A stretch of 44,809 nucleotides of DNA from a virus (lineage: Duplodnaviria > Heunggongvirae > Uroviricota > Caudoviricetes), in IMG/VR virus record IMGVR_UViG_3300042868_008486, positions 1-44,809 of that record. One strand, 5' to 3'. Each line of letters begins with the position of its first letter. Position 1 is the stretch's first letter. The translations under genes were made by a program, and so were the position numbers. Positions 9,693 through 16,233 of this stretch are shown here, one piece after another. The notes beneath the pieces are model-generated. The model worked only from the letters and a program-made list of their open reading frames with translations, did no database searches and had not been told where the DNA came from.

Positions 9693-9765
9693 AGCGGGTG
9701 GGGGGAATCGAACCCTCGTCCTTAGATTGGAAGTCTAATATAATAAGCCACTATACGACACCCGC
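9693..9765 (-). tRNA. trnG: tRNA-Gly(TCC)
   Basis: TTAGA-CT-TCC-AA-TCTAA, GCG start, U73. Confidence 0.93.
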
Positions 9766-9851
9766 AATTTGGGTAGAATCAGACGCGTTCTGTCTACCGA
9801 GACCTCGACGTTGTACTATGTTTCAAGTCAGAGCGTACCGAGACACTATTG

Positions 9852-9931
9852 TGAACCTGGAGGGAGTCGAACCCTCAATCCTAAAAATCGCGGCTTAAAC
9901 ACGACGCGTATACCAATTTCGCCACAGGTCC
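9852..9931 (-). tRNA. trnL: tRNA-Leu(TAA)
   Basis: TCGTG-TT-TAA-GC-CGCGA; 11-nt variable region. Confidence 0.88.
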
Positions 9932-9937
9932 TTTTTG

Positions 9938-10010
9938 TACCCCTACAGGGATTCTAACCCCGATTAAACCCTTAGAAGGGGTTGGTCCTATACAGTTGAA
10001 CGATAGGGGC
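9938..10010 (-). tRNA. trnR: tRNA-Arg(TCT)
   Basis: AACCC-CT-TCT-AA-GGGTT; variant T loop TTAGAAT. Confidence 0.85.
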
Positions 10011-10019
10011 GAATTATTG

Positions 10020-10091
10020 CGGACTATGTAGGATTCGAACCTACGACCTATCCGTTAACAGCGGAGTGCTCTACCACTGAGCTAATAGTCC
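10020..10091 (-). tRNA. trnN: tRNA-Asn(GTT)
   Basis: CTCCG-CT-GTT-AA-CGGAT, G73. Confidence 0.93.
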
Positions 10092-10103
10092 ATTTAATTG
10101 TTG

Positions 10104-10176
10104 AGGTCCCTAACGGATTCGAACCGTTATCCCTGGGTTACAAAGCCAGAATAATAAGCCATTATACTAAGAGACC
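10104..10176 (-). tRNA. trnT: tRNA-Thr(TGT)
   Basis: CTGGC-TT-TGT-AA-CCCAG (C31:C39 mismatch). Confidence 0.88.
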
Positions 10177-10319
10177 AATTAAGAGTGTTATTAATTCGTT
10201 TTACCTAAGACCGCGAATCCACGTAAAACTCAACTTCACCAATATTTTTACTGCAGTTCCAATATTGTCACATTGCTACTATATTGAACTAATAACTACG
10301 AATTACCCATCATAATTTC

Positions 10320-10392
10320 ACCATCGTTAGGGCTCGAACCTAAAGCTTCCGACTCCACGTCAGATGTGTTGACCAATTTACACCACTAGTTA
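10320..10392 (-). ncRNA. degenerate tRNA-like element (TGG-centred loop lacking U33, acceptor poorly paired)
   Basis: D arm GTGT-AAATTGGTCA-ACAC, T arm TTAGG-TTCGAGC-CCTAA. Confidence 0.5.
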
Positions 10393-10423
10393 CTTAGATT
10401 GACAAATAATTGTTTTTCTCTTT

Positions 10424-10498
10424 GCTGAATAATAAGGGTTCGAACCTTAATCTGAAATCCGTATTACCATCATCCGTGCTCCATTACACTATATCCAA
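10424..10498 (-). ncRNA. degenerate tRNA-like element without a clear anticodon arm
   Basis: D arm GTGT-AATGGA-GCAC, T arm TAAGG-TTCGAAC-CCTTA, weak acceptor stem. Confidence 0.45.
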
Positions 10499-10547
10499 TC
10501 GACAGTTTCGAACCTGTCATATAAAGGGTTATAACTCCTTTATTTTG

Positions 10548-10619
10548 CGGTCTATGCGAGAATCGAACTCGCGGCACATCCGTGACAGGGATGTATGTTA
10601 GCCACTACACCAATAGACC
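10548..10619 (-). tRNA. trnD: tRNA-Asp(GTC)
   Basis: CATCC-CT-GTC-AC-GGATG, G73. Confidence 0.93.
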
Positions 10620-10810
10620 ATAATAAAAACAAGTTTTTCGTGACCTTTACACATCATAACCAATTTTACTCGGTGATTACATTTTCGTCATTGGGGTAGC
10701 TAATCCCCGACTTATAGTAATTCTACCCTCAATACTTTACTATCGCGAATCAAGTACCATCTTGGGATTTATAGACAGTGAGGGTTTACTCACCGTCTTC
10801 ACTTGTTTAG

Positions 10811-10882
10811 TAGCGGGTACAGGATTCGAACCTGTGTCTTTGGGTTATGAGCCCAACGGGGTGACCACTCCCCCAACCCGCG
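10811..10882 (-). tRNA. trnfM: tRNA-fMet(CAT), initiator
   Basis: C1:U72 mismatch, GGG/CCC anticodon stem. Confidence 0.9.
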
Positions 10883-10887
10883 ATATG

Positions 10888-10964
10888 AATTACCCATAGG
10901 ACTCGAACCTACAACCCTTCGCCCTTTTGAGCGATGTGCAAACCAATTTACACCATAAGTAATT
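10888..10964 (-). ncRNA. tRNA-like RNA with a 4-nt AAAA loop replacing the anticodon loop
   Basis: D arm GTGT-AAATTGGTTT-GCAC, TCGCTC-AAAA-GGGCGA, T arm GTAGG-TTCGAGT-CCTAT, paired ends. Confidence 0.6.
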
Positions 10965-11059
10965 AATCAAGAACAATAAACAGAAATTAGTGTCGACAAA
11001 TTTCCTTAGGCAATATGTTTATTTTCTTGTTAGGGTTCGGTTAATTACTCCGACCTTTG

Positions 11060-11133
11060 TATCGCGTACGGGATTCGAACCCGTGATTTTCACCTTGAAA
11101 GGGTGACGACTTAAACCTCTCGTCTAACGCGAC
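11060..11133 (-). tRNA. trnE: tRNA-Glu(TTC)
   Basis: TCACC-CT-TTC-AA-GGTGA. Confidence 0.93.
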
Positions 11134-11150
11134 ATTTTGTTTTTTCTATT

Positions 11151-11220
11151 CCGATATGTCAAAGACCTTTTGTTTTCTTTTGTCTTACAAATCTAATCAT
11201 TTTCTTTTGTTCTCACAAGC
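11151..11220 (-). promoter_or_regulatory. internal promoter (TAGATTTG) plus boxA-like GGTCTTTGACATATCGG
   Basis: Near-duplicate of the 11491-11559 cassette. Confidence 0.65.
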
Positions 11221-11243
11221 TCTTTGTGATATTTTTTTTTCTG

Positions 11244-11317
11244 TAGTTCAGAAGGGATTTGAACCCCCAACCTTGACGATATAAGCGTCCTGCTCTCACC
11301 TGTTGAGCTACTGAACC
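11244..11317 (-). tRNA. trnI: tRNA-Ile(TAT)
   Basis: GGACG-CT-TAT-AT-CGTCA, A73. Confidence 0.88.
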
Positions 11318-11322
11318 AAATA

Positions 11323-11400
11323 CGTTTCACGTTTTAGGCCAATTAAACTAACCGCCCGTCGTCACGGACAGTACCGGAGTCGAACCGATATGTGATAACG
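11323..11400 (-). ncRNA. circularly permuted tRNA-like RNA (T arm, closed acceptor stem, D arm; YrlA-like topology)
   Basis: ATCGG-TTCGACT-CCGGT, ACTGTCCGT-GACG-ACGGGCGGT, TA-GTTT-AATTGGCCTA-AAAC; ends CGTTATCAC/GTGAAACG pair. Confidence 0.75.
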
Positions 11401-11403
11401 AAG

Positions 11404-11477
11404 TACCCTTGGTGGGATTCGAACCCACAAAAAAATAGTTTCTAAAACTATCGTGTATACCTTTCCACCACAAGGGT
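11404..11477 (-). tRNA. trnL: tRNA-Leu(TAG), short variable loop
   Basis: ATAGT-TT-TAG-AA-ACTAT; variable region only T6. Confidence 0.88.
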
Positions 11478-11490
11478 ATCTACTTCTATT

Positions 11491-11559
11491 CCAATATGTC
11501 AATGAACTCTTGTTCTGTTTTGTCTTACAAATCTAATACTTTTATTTTGATTTGCCAAA
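11491..11559 (-). promoter_or_regulatory. promoter (TTTG...TAGATTTG) plus boxA-like GTTCATTGACATATTGG
   Basis: Bacteroidota -33/-7 boxes followed by rrn-leader-like motif. Confidence 0.7.
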
Positions 11560-11569
11560 CTTAGGTCAC

Positions 11570-11601
11570 AAAAAAAACCCCTCTCTTTTGGAGAAGGGTT
11601 T
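11570..11601 (-). terminator. attenuator-type terminator of leader A
   Basis: AAACCCTTCTC-CAAAA-GAGAGGGGTTT followed by T tract. Confidence 0.85.
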
Positions 11602-11624
11602 CATTTAAATTTTATCTTAATGAA

Positions 11625-11702
11625 TTAACACATCTTCTCCGATACACAAGGATTGTCTCCCTCCGTTCTCGCATTTAAAAGTATGTTATTCAAATTTTGC
11701 AT
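11625..11702 (-). CDS. leader peptide A (25 aa, MQNLNNILLNARTEGDNPCVSEKMC)
   Basis: Codons 3-17 are all read by tRNAs of the downstream block; contains GGAGAAG complementary to terminator arm. Confidence 0.8.
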   Translation of the reverse strand: MQNLNNILLNARTEGDNPCVSEKMC

Positions 11703-11787
11703 TGTGTTGTCTTTTTTATTAAATATATTGTACTTTTTGAAAAGTTCAATAGTTAGTGAAAAATTTTTAACAAATTGGTTTAGATTT

Positions 11788-12186
11788 TTAATTTTCAAGT
11801 ACTTCTTTAACAATTTTTGAAACTAAAGTATTGTCGGCTTTACCCTTATATACTTTATTGAAAGCACCCATCATTTTACCAACATTATCAATACCATCTT
11901 TTTTAAATGTTCTGATGATTGAACGGATACTAAATTCATCCATTAACTTTGGTAAATATGGTTTAATGTATTCTAATTCTTTTAAAGATTCATCAGTGTT
12001 TGTCTGTGTTAATGATTTTTCCATTTTCTTTAAAATAGAAAGAACTACCTCATCTGTCACACTAACACCTCTACCTTCTTCATTTTGGATTTCACCTTTT
12101 AGTACACCTAAAAAGTTTTTCTTTTCCATTTCTTTGTTTTTAAATGCCGTCATAAATTCGACATTAATTTGTTCTCTTAGTGACAT
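11788..12186 (-). CDS. GatB/YqeY domain protein
   Basis: MSLREQI...AFKNKE, KGEIQN, YLPKLM, GKMMG, GKAD. Confidence 0.85.
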   Translation of the reverse strand: MSLREQINVEFMTAFKNKEMEKKNFLGVLKGEIQNEEGRGVSVTDEVVLSILKKMEKSLTQTNTDESLKELEYIKPYLPKLMDEFSIRSIIRTFKKDGIDNVGKMMGAFNKVYKGKADNTLVSKIVKEVLEN

Positions 12187-12203
12187 AGTTATTTGTTTTT
12201 AAG

Positions 12204-12284
12204 TGGGTGCGGAGGGATTCGAACCCCCACGCGATTAAGACCTGAGCTACAATCAGGCGAGCCAGCCAATTGCTCAACACACCC
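12204..12284 (-). tRNA. trnY: tRNA-Tyr(GTA), divergent copy
   Basis: CCTGA-TT-GTA-GC-TCAGG, extended variable region. Confidence 0.82.
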
Positions 12285-12359
12285 ATAAAGAAAATATCGT
12301 AGATTGTCCTTCACAATTTAACGGCGGGTTTGAACTTAATCAACTCTCCTACGATATCT

Positions 12360-12445
<86 letters not shown>

Positions 12446-12471
12446 ATTATATGACAATTAATGTCATTTCG

Positions 12472-12543
12472 CGCACCACCAAGGACTCGAACCCTGACCA
12501 AATGGGTTGGAACCATTTATGCTAGCCATTACACCAATGATGC
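12472..12543 (-). tRNA. trnW: tRNA-Trp(CCA)
   Basis: AATGG-TT-CCA-AC-CCATT, G73. Confidence 0.9.
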
Positions 12544-12570
12544 GAATAATGAAATTTTTATATTTCATTG

Positions 12571-12644
12571 AGGACAGAGAGAGGTTCGAACTCCCGAATA
12601 ATGGGTTTGCAGCCCACCCCTTTAGACCACTCAGGCATCTGTCC
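12571..12644 (-). tRNA. trnC: tRNA-Cys(GCA)
   Basis: GTGGG-CT-GCA-AA-CCCAT, U73. Confidence 0.92.
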
Positions 12645-12840
12645 AATTTAATATTAAGTCGCGAGTAATCCATCTGTCGCTTATTACTAGAATCTTGTGG
12701 CTTACTTACTATAGTTCATACCGTTACCACTAGGAAACCCAACTTAATATCTTCGTACTAATTATTTTAGAGATTGGTTCCCGAAGGATTAAACCATCAC
12801 TTGTACTTCGTGTCAGGAGGTAAACCCCATATCTCTAATG

Positions 12841-12912
12841 TAGCCCCTGTAGGACTCGAACCTACACTATCTTGTATGTAAAACAAGTACTTCACCTTTA
12901 AGCTAAAGGGCT
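12841..12912 (-). tRNA. trnV: tRNA-Val(TAC)
   Basis: CTTGT-TT-TAC-AT-ACAAG. Confidence 0.9.
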
Positions 12913-12920
12913 AATTATTG

Positions 12921-12995
12921 TGACCCCGGTGAGAATCGAACTCACGACCCGTACATTAAAAGTGTACTGCTCTAAACCAACTGAGCTACGAAGTC
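12921..12995 (-). tRNA. trnK: tRNA-Lys(TTT)
   Basis: GTACA-CT-TTT-AA-TGTAC. Confidence 0.93.
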
Positions 12996-13118
12996 AAATT
13001 TGGAAGGTCACCACAAACACCTTCCACGGTGAGTATTTTAATGTCGTTTTGTCTAATTACACCTAAGTGTCATAGTCGCAGGTCTCACTTCACGACAAAC
13101 CCGATTGGTATTAAGTAG

Positions 13119-13192
13119 TCGGTACGGTAGGATTTGAACCTACGACCTTTCACGTATCAGGCGAATGCTCTTACCAGCTGAGCTACGTACCG
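13119..13192 (-). tRNA. trnI: tRNA-Ile(GAT)
   Basis: TTCGC-CT-GAT-AC-GTGAA. Confidence 0.92.
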
Positions 13193-13199
13193 TTATTTT

Positions 13200-13274
13200 T
13201 GGTCGGGGTAGCAGGTGTCGAACCTGCCGCCTCTTGGTCCCAAACCAAGCGTCTCACCCCAAGACTATACCCCG
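13200..13274 (-). tRNA. trnP: tRNA-Pro(TGG)
   Basis: CTTGG-TT-TGG-GA-CCAAG, C1:G72, encoded CCA. Confidence 0.92.
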
Positions 13275-13287
13275 TTTGTTTGTTTAA

Positions 13288-13320
13288 CAAAGATAAGTAA
13301 TCATTTTCATTCTCACAATA
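13288..13320 (-). promoter_or_regulatory. internal promoter (TATCTTTG)
   Basis: -7 box 13 nt upstream of tRNA-Pro. Confidence 0.55.
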
Positions 13321-13340
13321 CCTTAGTTAATTTTTTTTTG

Positions 13341-13412
13341 TATCGTTATCAGGACTCGAACCTGAACCCACACCTTATGAGAGTGTTGTGACTACCTTTA
13401 CACTATAACGAC
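13341..13412 (-). tRNA. trnM: tRNA-Met(CAT), elongator (Ile2 not excluded)
   Basis: ACACT-CT-CAT-AA-GGTGT; no initiator features. Confidence 0.8.
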
Positions 13413-13417
13413 GTTTG

Positions 13418-13505
13418 CGGAAGATGTAGGGTTCGAACCTACGCGTCATATTTCAGACCTACTTGTTTAGCAAACAAGCCTCTTTACCAATTTGAGTAAT
13501 CTTCC
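13418..13505 (-). tRNA. trnS: tRNA-Ser(GCT)
   Basis: CTTGT-TT-GCT-AA-ACAAG, long variable arm, G73. Confidence 0.93.
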
Positions 13506-13545
13506 AAAATACACCGACCTAGCTCGGTATCACACATCGGATACG

Positions 13546-13617
13546 TAGTCCCCCAAGGACTCGAACCTTGACATTATCGTCCGTAGCGATAGGTGCTATC
13601 CGTTACACCAAGGAACC
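13546..13617 (-). tRNA. trnR: tRNA-Arg(ACG)
   Basis: TATCG-CT-ACG-GA-CGATA. Confidence 0.92.
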
Positions 13618-13622
13618 AAATA

Positions 13623-13729
13623 ATAAGGTTGGAGACTTATAATCGACCATTATAAGGTTGGAGCCTTATAATCACCCATTATTAGGTCTGAACCTAATAT
13701 TCACCCATTATTAGGTTATAACCTTATAT
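13623..13729. repeat. about 4 tandem 29-bp palindromic units
   Basis: ATWAGG-N6-(C)CTWAT-AWTC..CCATT units starting at 13623, 13652, 13681, 13710. Confidence 0.85.
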
Positions 13730-13908
13730 TGAGTTTTTCTGTAGTGTTTCCAAGTTTTATACATTCTAACTTGATAACTCATTTTGTTTCCGTAGAAACT
13801 TATTCCTTCATCCCAATAAATTGGGTAAAAGTCATTAATCAATCTATTTCGGTATTCTCTACCATTTTGTGCTTTGTTCAGTTTTGCTCTGTTGATGTTT
13901 GTACTCAT
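13711..13908 (-). CDS. small basic hypothetical protein (MSTNINRAKLNK)
   Basis: 65-aa ORF inside tRNA array. Confidence 0.65.
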   Translation of the reverse strand: MSTNINRAKLNKAQNGREYRNRLINDFYPIYWDEGISFYGNKMSYQVRMYKTWKHYRKTQYKVIT

Positions 13909-13934
13909 AGTTGTGGTTTTTAACCTACAACTTG

Positions 13935-14150
13935 TCAAATTTTTTCTTCATTTTGTTTAATGTAATCTAATGCAATGTGTATCAAACCGTTGAGATATTG
14001 CCATTTCGGACTTGCGTTCGGATAATGACCGAATATCTCAACTAATTTTTCTTCTTGCCATTTCCTTTCACTAATGATTGGAGATAACCATCGACCATTT
14101 TCTAAGTCGGCATTTACAAATGTTTTTTCTGTCTCTGCGATTTCTAAGTT
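13935..14150 (-). pseudogene. start-less ORF remnant (LEIAETEKTF...KQNEEKI)
   Basis: 71 sense codons with protein-like composition, no ATG/GTG/TTG near the 5' end. Confidence 0.4.
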
Positions 14151-14164
14151 TTAAAAATTAATTG

Positions 14165-14239
14165 GGAGTATAGTGAGATTCGAACTCACCCTATTAGCAC
14201 CACAAACTAACGTGCTCGACCACTGACACTATATACTCC
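14165..14239 (-). tRNA. trnH: tRNA-His(GTG)
   Basis: TTAGT-TT-GTG-GT-GCTAA; G-1:C73. Confidence 0.92.
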
Positions 14240-14317
14240 ATAAAAACCCCACTTCATCGGATTAATGGACCGACTGCCATATCGGGAGTGGGGGTTTTCC
14301 CATCAGTAGGGACTCCG

Positions 14318-14390
14318 TGGGACAGGAGGGAATCGAACCCCCATTGCTTGTTCTTCAGACAAGTGCCTTGACCAACTTGGCAACTGACCC
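14318..14390 (-). tRNA. trnF: tRNA-Phe(GAA)
   Basis: CTTGT-CT-GAA-GA-ACAAG. Confidence 0.9.
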
Positions 14391-14496
14391 AAATATTTTC
14401 ATCAAATCACCGATTACCACAATTACGGTGAGACCTTCGGGAACTGCCGTCCCGTGTTTTCTTTTTACCCGTGGATTAAACTATTTGATGGGGTAG

Positions 14497-14571
14497 TTGT
14501 CCCGGCAGGAATCGAACCTGCGATATCCACATTCAAAGTGTGGTGGCTCTGCCAACGTCGCCTACAGGACA
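14497..14571 (-). tRNA. trnQ: tRNA-Gln(TTG)
   Basis: CCACA-CT-TTG-AA-TGTGG, U1:A72. Confidence 0.9.
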
Positions 14572-14578
14572 ATAATGG

Positions 14579-14704
14579 TTACTTACGTAACCTTTTGATT
14601 AATTTTCTCAACAACCTAAATTTTATTTTAACCTCTTTAGGTTGTTGTCTTAACATTACTCTACTTGACTCAAATGTTCCCGTCAATACTTCTCTTTTTT
14701 TCAT
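14579..14704 (-). CDS. small basic peptide (41 aa, MKKREVLTG)
   Basis: Read manually; fills gap between tRNA-Ser and tRNA-Gln. Confidence 0.4.
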   Translation of the reverse strand: MKKREVLTGTFESSRVMLRQQPKEVKIKFRLLRKLIKRLRK

Positions 14705-14719
14705 TTTACTTTTATTTTG

Positions 14720-14802
14720 CGGAAGACGAGGGAATCGAACCCCCAAAGCTTTTACACCCAGCCGCTTTCAAGGCGGTGTCCTCGTCCATTCGGGCGCCTT
14801 CC
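14720..14802 (-). tRNA. trnS: tRNA-Ser(TGA)
   Basis: ACCGC-CT-TGA-AA-GCGGC, long variable arm, G73. Confidence 0.92.
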
Positions 14803-14817
14803 GTATTATTATCTAAA

Positions 14818-14879
14818 CCAATATGTCAATGAACTTTTCTGTTGTCAAAGATACAAATTTCATTTTGTAACTTCCAAAT
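14818..14879 (-). promoter_or_regulatory. promoter (TTTG...TATCTTTG) plus boxA-like GTTCATTGACATATTGG
   Basis: 17-mer identical to that at 11491-11507. Confidence 0.7.
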
Positions 14880-14887
14880 TTTATTTC

Positions 14888-14922
14888 AAAAAAAAACCCC
14901 CGAACTTTTGGTTCAGGGGTCT
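14888..14922 (-). terminator. attenuator-type terminator of leader B
   Basis: ACCCCTGAAC-CAAAA-GTTCGGGGGT followed by T tract. Confidence 0.85.
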
Positions 14923-14946
14923 TACTAAATTAATATACGTTTATAT

Positions 14947-15066
14947 TTAACTTAATATGTTTTCTGAACCATATGACGTGCTAAACCACATCGGATACGA
15001 TACGCTACACACGCGAATCTGTTTCGATGGACTTACTTGTTTAATATGTTGTTCAGTTGTTCTCAT
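14947..15066 (-). CDS. leader peptide B (39 aa, MRTTEQHIKQVSPSKQIRVCSVSYPMWFSTSYGSENILS)
   Basis: Not in ORF track; codons 6-29 all read by tRNAs of the downstream block; contains TGGTTCAG complementary to terminator arm. Confidence 0.8.
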   Translation of the reverse strand: MRTTEQHIKQVSPSKQIRVCSVSYPMWFSTSYGSENILS

Positions 15067-15093
15067 TTTTATTATTCTTTTAATATATATCAA

Positions 15094-15123
15094 CAAATTT
15101 AGTAAAAGTTCTTTGGTTGTCAA
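15094..15123 (-). promoter_or_regulatory. promoter of leader B (TTGACA...TAAATTTG)
   Basis: TAnnTTTG box about 27 nt upstream of leader ATG. Confidence 0.55.
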
Positions 15124-15131
15124 GTTTTTTT

Positions 15132-15704
15132 TTAATTTTTTCTACATTTTTCACAAAATGTGATTGTGTTCACATCATTACTTCTGTTTTCAGACATAAC
15201 ACAATTTGAGTTATCACAATGACTCAAACCTAAATTGTGTCCTATCTCGTGAATTATGACACGTTTTAATTCATTTGGTCGGTTCTTACCAACAATTATG
15301 ATATTACCATAAAGTTCACCTAATCCACCAATCGTATTTTTATCTTCTACTGAATAACACCCATCATCAGTTAATAAAATTTTATTTTGGTTATTGTCAA
15401 AATCCTCTAAAGATTTCTCACAATCAATTAACCCATTGATGTAATAATCAGAACTCAATTGAATTGGGTCAATTATTTTAGTTGGAACACCATAAGTCTC
15501 TTCAACAATTTGTTTAGCGTGACGTAAAGTACTATTTGAATAATTACCAAGACCTTGAATATAGATTGTATCACCATCTGTCATTTTTTTCAAATCAATT
15601 GAATTTGTGATAAATGTTGGTAATGGGATTTTACCTGATTTAACTTTAGAAGTTAAAGTAACCATAACCAAAACTATAACACCAAATTTTATTATCTCTT
15701 TCAT
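15132..15704 (-). CDS. archaemetzincin/M54-like zinc metalloprotease
   Basis: HEIGHNLGLSHC...CVM...CEKC; N-terminal hydrophobic segment. Confidence 0.8.
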   Translation of the reverse strand: MKEIIKFGVIVLVMVTLTSKVKSGKIPLPTFITNSIDLKKMTDGDTIYIQGLGNYSNSTLRHAKQIVEETYGVPTKIIDPIQLSSDYYINGLIDCEKSLEDFDNNQNKILLTDDGCYSVEDKNTIGGLGELYGNIIIVGKNRPNELKRVIIHEIGHNLGLSHCDNSNCVMSENRSNDVNTITFCEKCRKN

Positions 15705-15758
15705 ATCCGTTTCTTTTTATCAAAGATATAAAAAATACTTAATAATCAAGCAAGGTTA

Positions 15759-15941
15759 TCAATTATTTTTCCATTCTTTCCAATACTCAAAATCTTTCAA
15801 GTCTTCTAAAAATTGTTTCTCAACTAACACATAGTTACTTGATTGTTCCATTTCTGATAACATTTTGAAAAATTCTTGACCATCAATTGATTCTGCGAAT
15901 TGTCGATGTTCTTCTTCTAATATTTCGTGAAAACTCCCCAT
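15759..15941 (-). CDS. hypothetical protein
   Basis: 60-aa ORF in operon. Confidence 0.6.
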   Translation of the reverse strand: MGSFHEILEEEHRQFAESIDGQEFFKMLSEMEQSSNYVLVEKQFLEDLKDFEYWKEWKNN

Positions 15942-15942
15942 A

Positions 15943-16125
15943 TTAGATTTTTTTAACTTCGTATTCGTGACCTGAATCTGAATTGGTTTCGAAGATTGTC
16001 TTCATTTCAGTTGCTTTATCTAAGTCTTCGAACTCCCAAACTTCGTGGTCACTATTTAATAAGATTACTGGTATTGAAACACCATTTCTTTTCTTCACTT
16101 TTTTGATAATAACATACATTCCCAT
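15943..16125 (-). CDS. hypothetical protein
   Basis: ORF, start moved to MGMYVII. Confidence 0.6.
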   Translation of the reverse strand: MGMYVIIKKVKKRNGVSIPVILLNSDHEVWEFEDLDKATEMKTIFETNSDSGHEYEVKKI

Positions 16126-16233
16126 AACATTTAATTTTTTTGTAAAGATATAAACTATTTCGAGTAAATCAAACATTTTAAAATTTTGACTATTAATCTT
16201 TTTAGATATATACTTAATAACAAAATAAATAAA

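Noticed and set aside
11323-11400. Two-piece permuted tmRNA
   Set aside because: Has a full D stem, no CCA, no tag reading frame, and is far too short
11625-11813. 62-aa protein in the ORF track
   Set aside because: Upstream extension overlaps the YqeY gene end and promoter-like DNA; ATG at 11702 has the typical A-rich context
13623-13729. CRISPR array
   Set aside because: Units are contiguous 29-mers without unique spacers; no cas genes in the window
13533-14999. 13-nt direct repeat CACATCGGATACG at 13533 and 14987 (inside leader B)
   Set aside because: A single 13-mer match in a region this size is compatible with chance
14957-15163. Plus-strand 68-aa ORF
   Set aside because: Antisense to leader B and its promoter; no recognisable protein features
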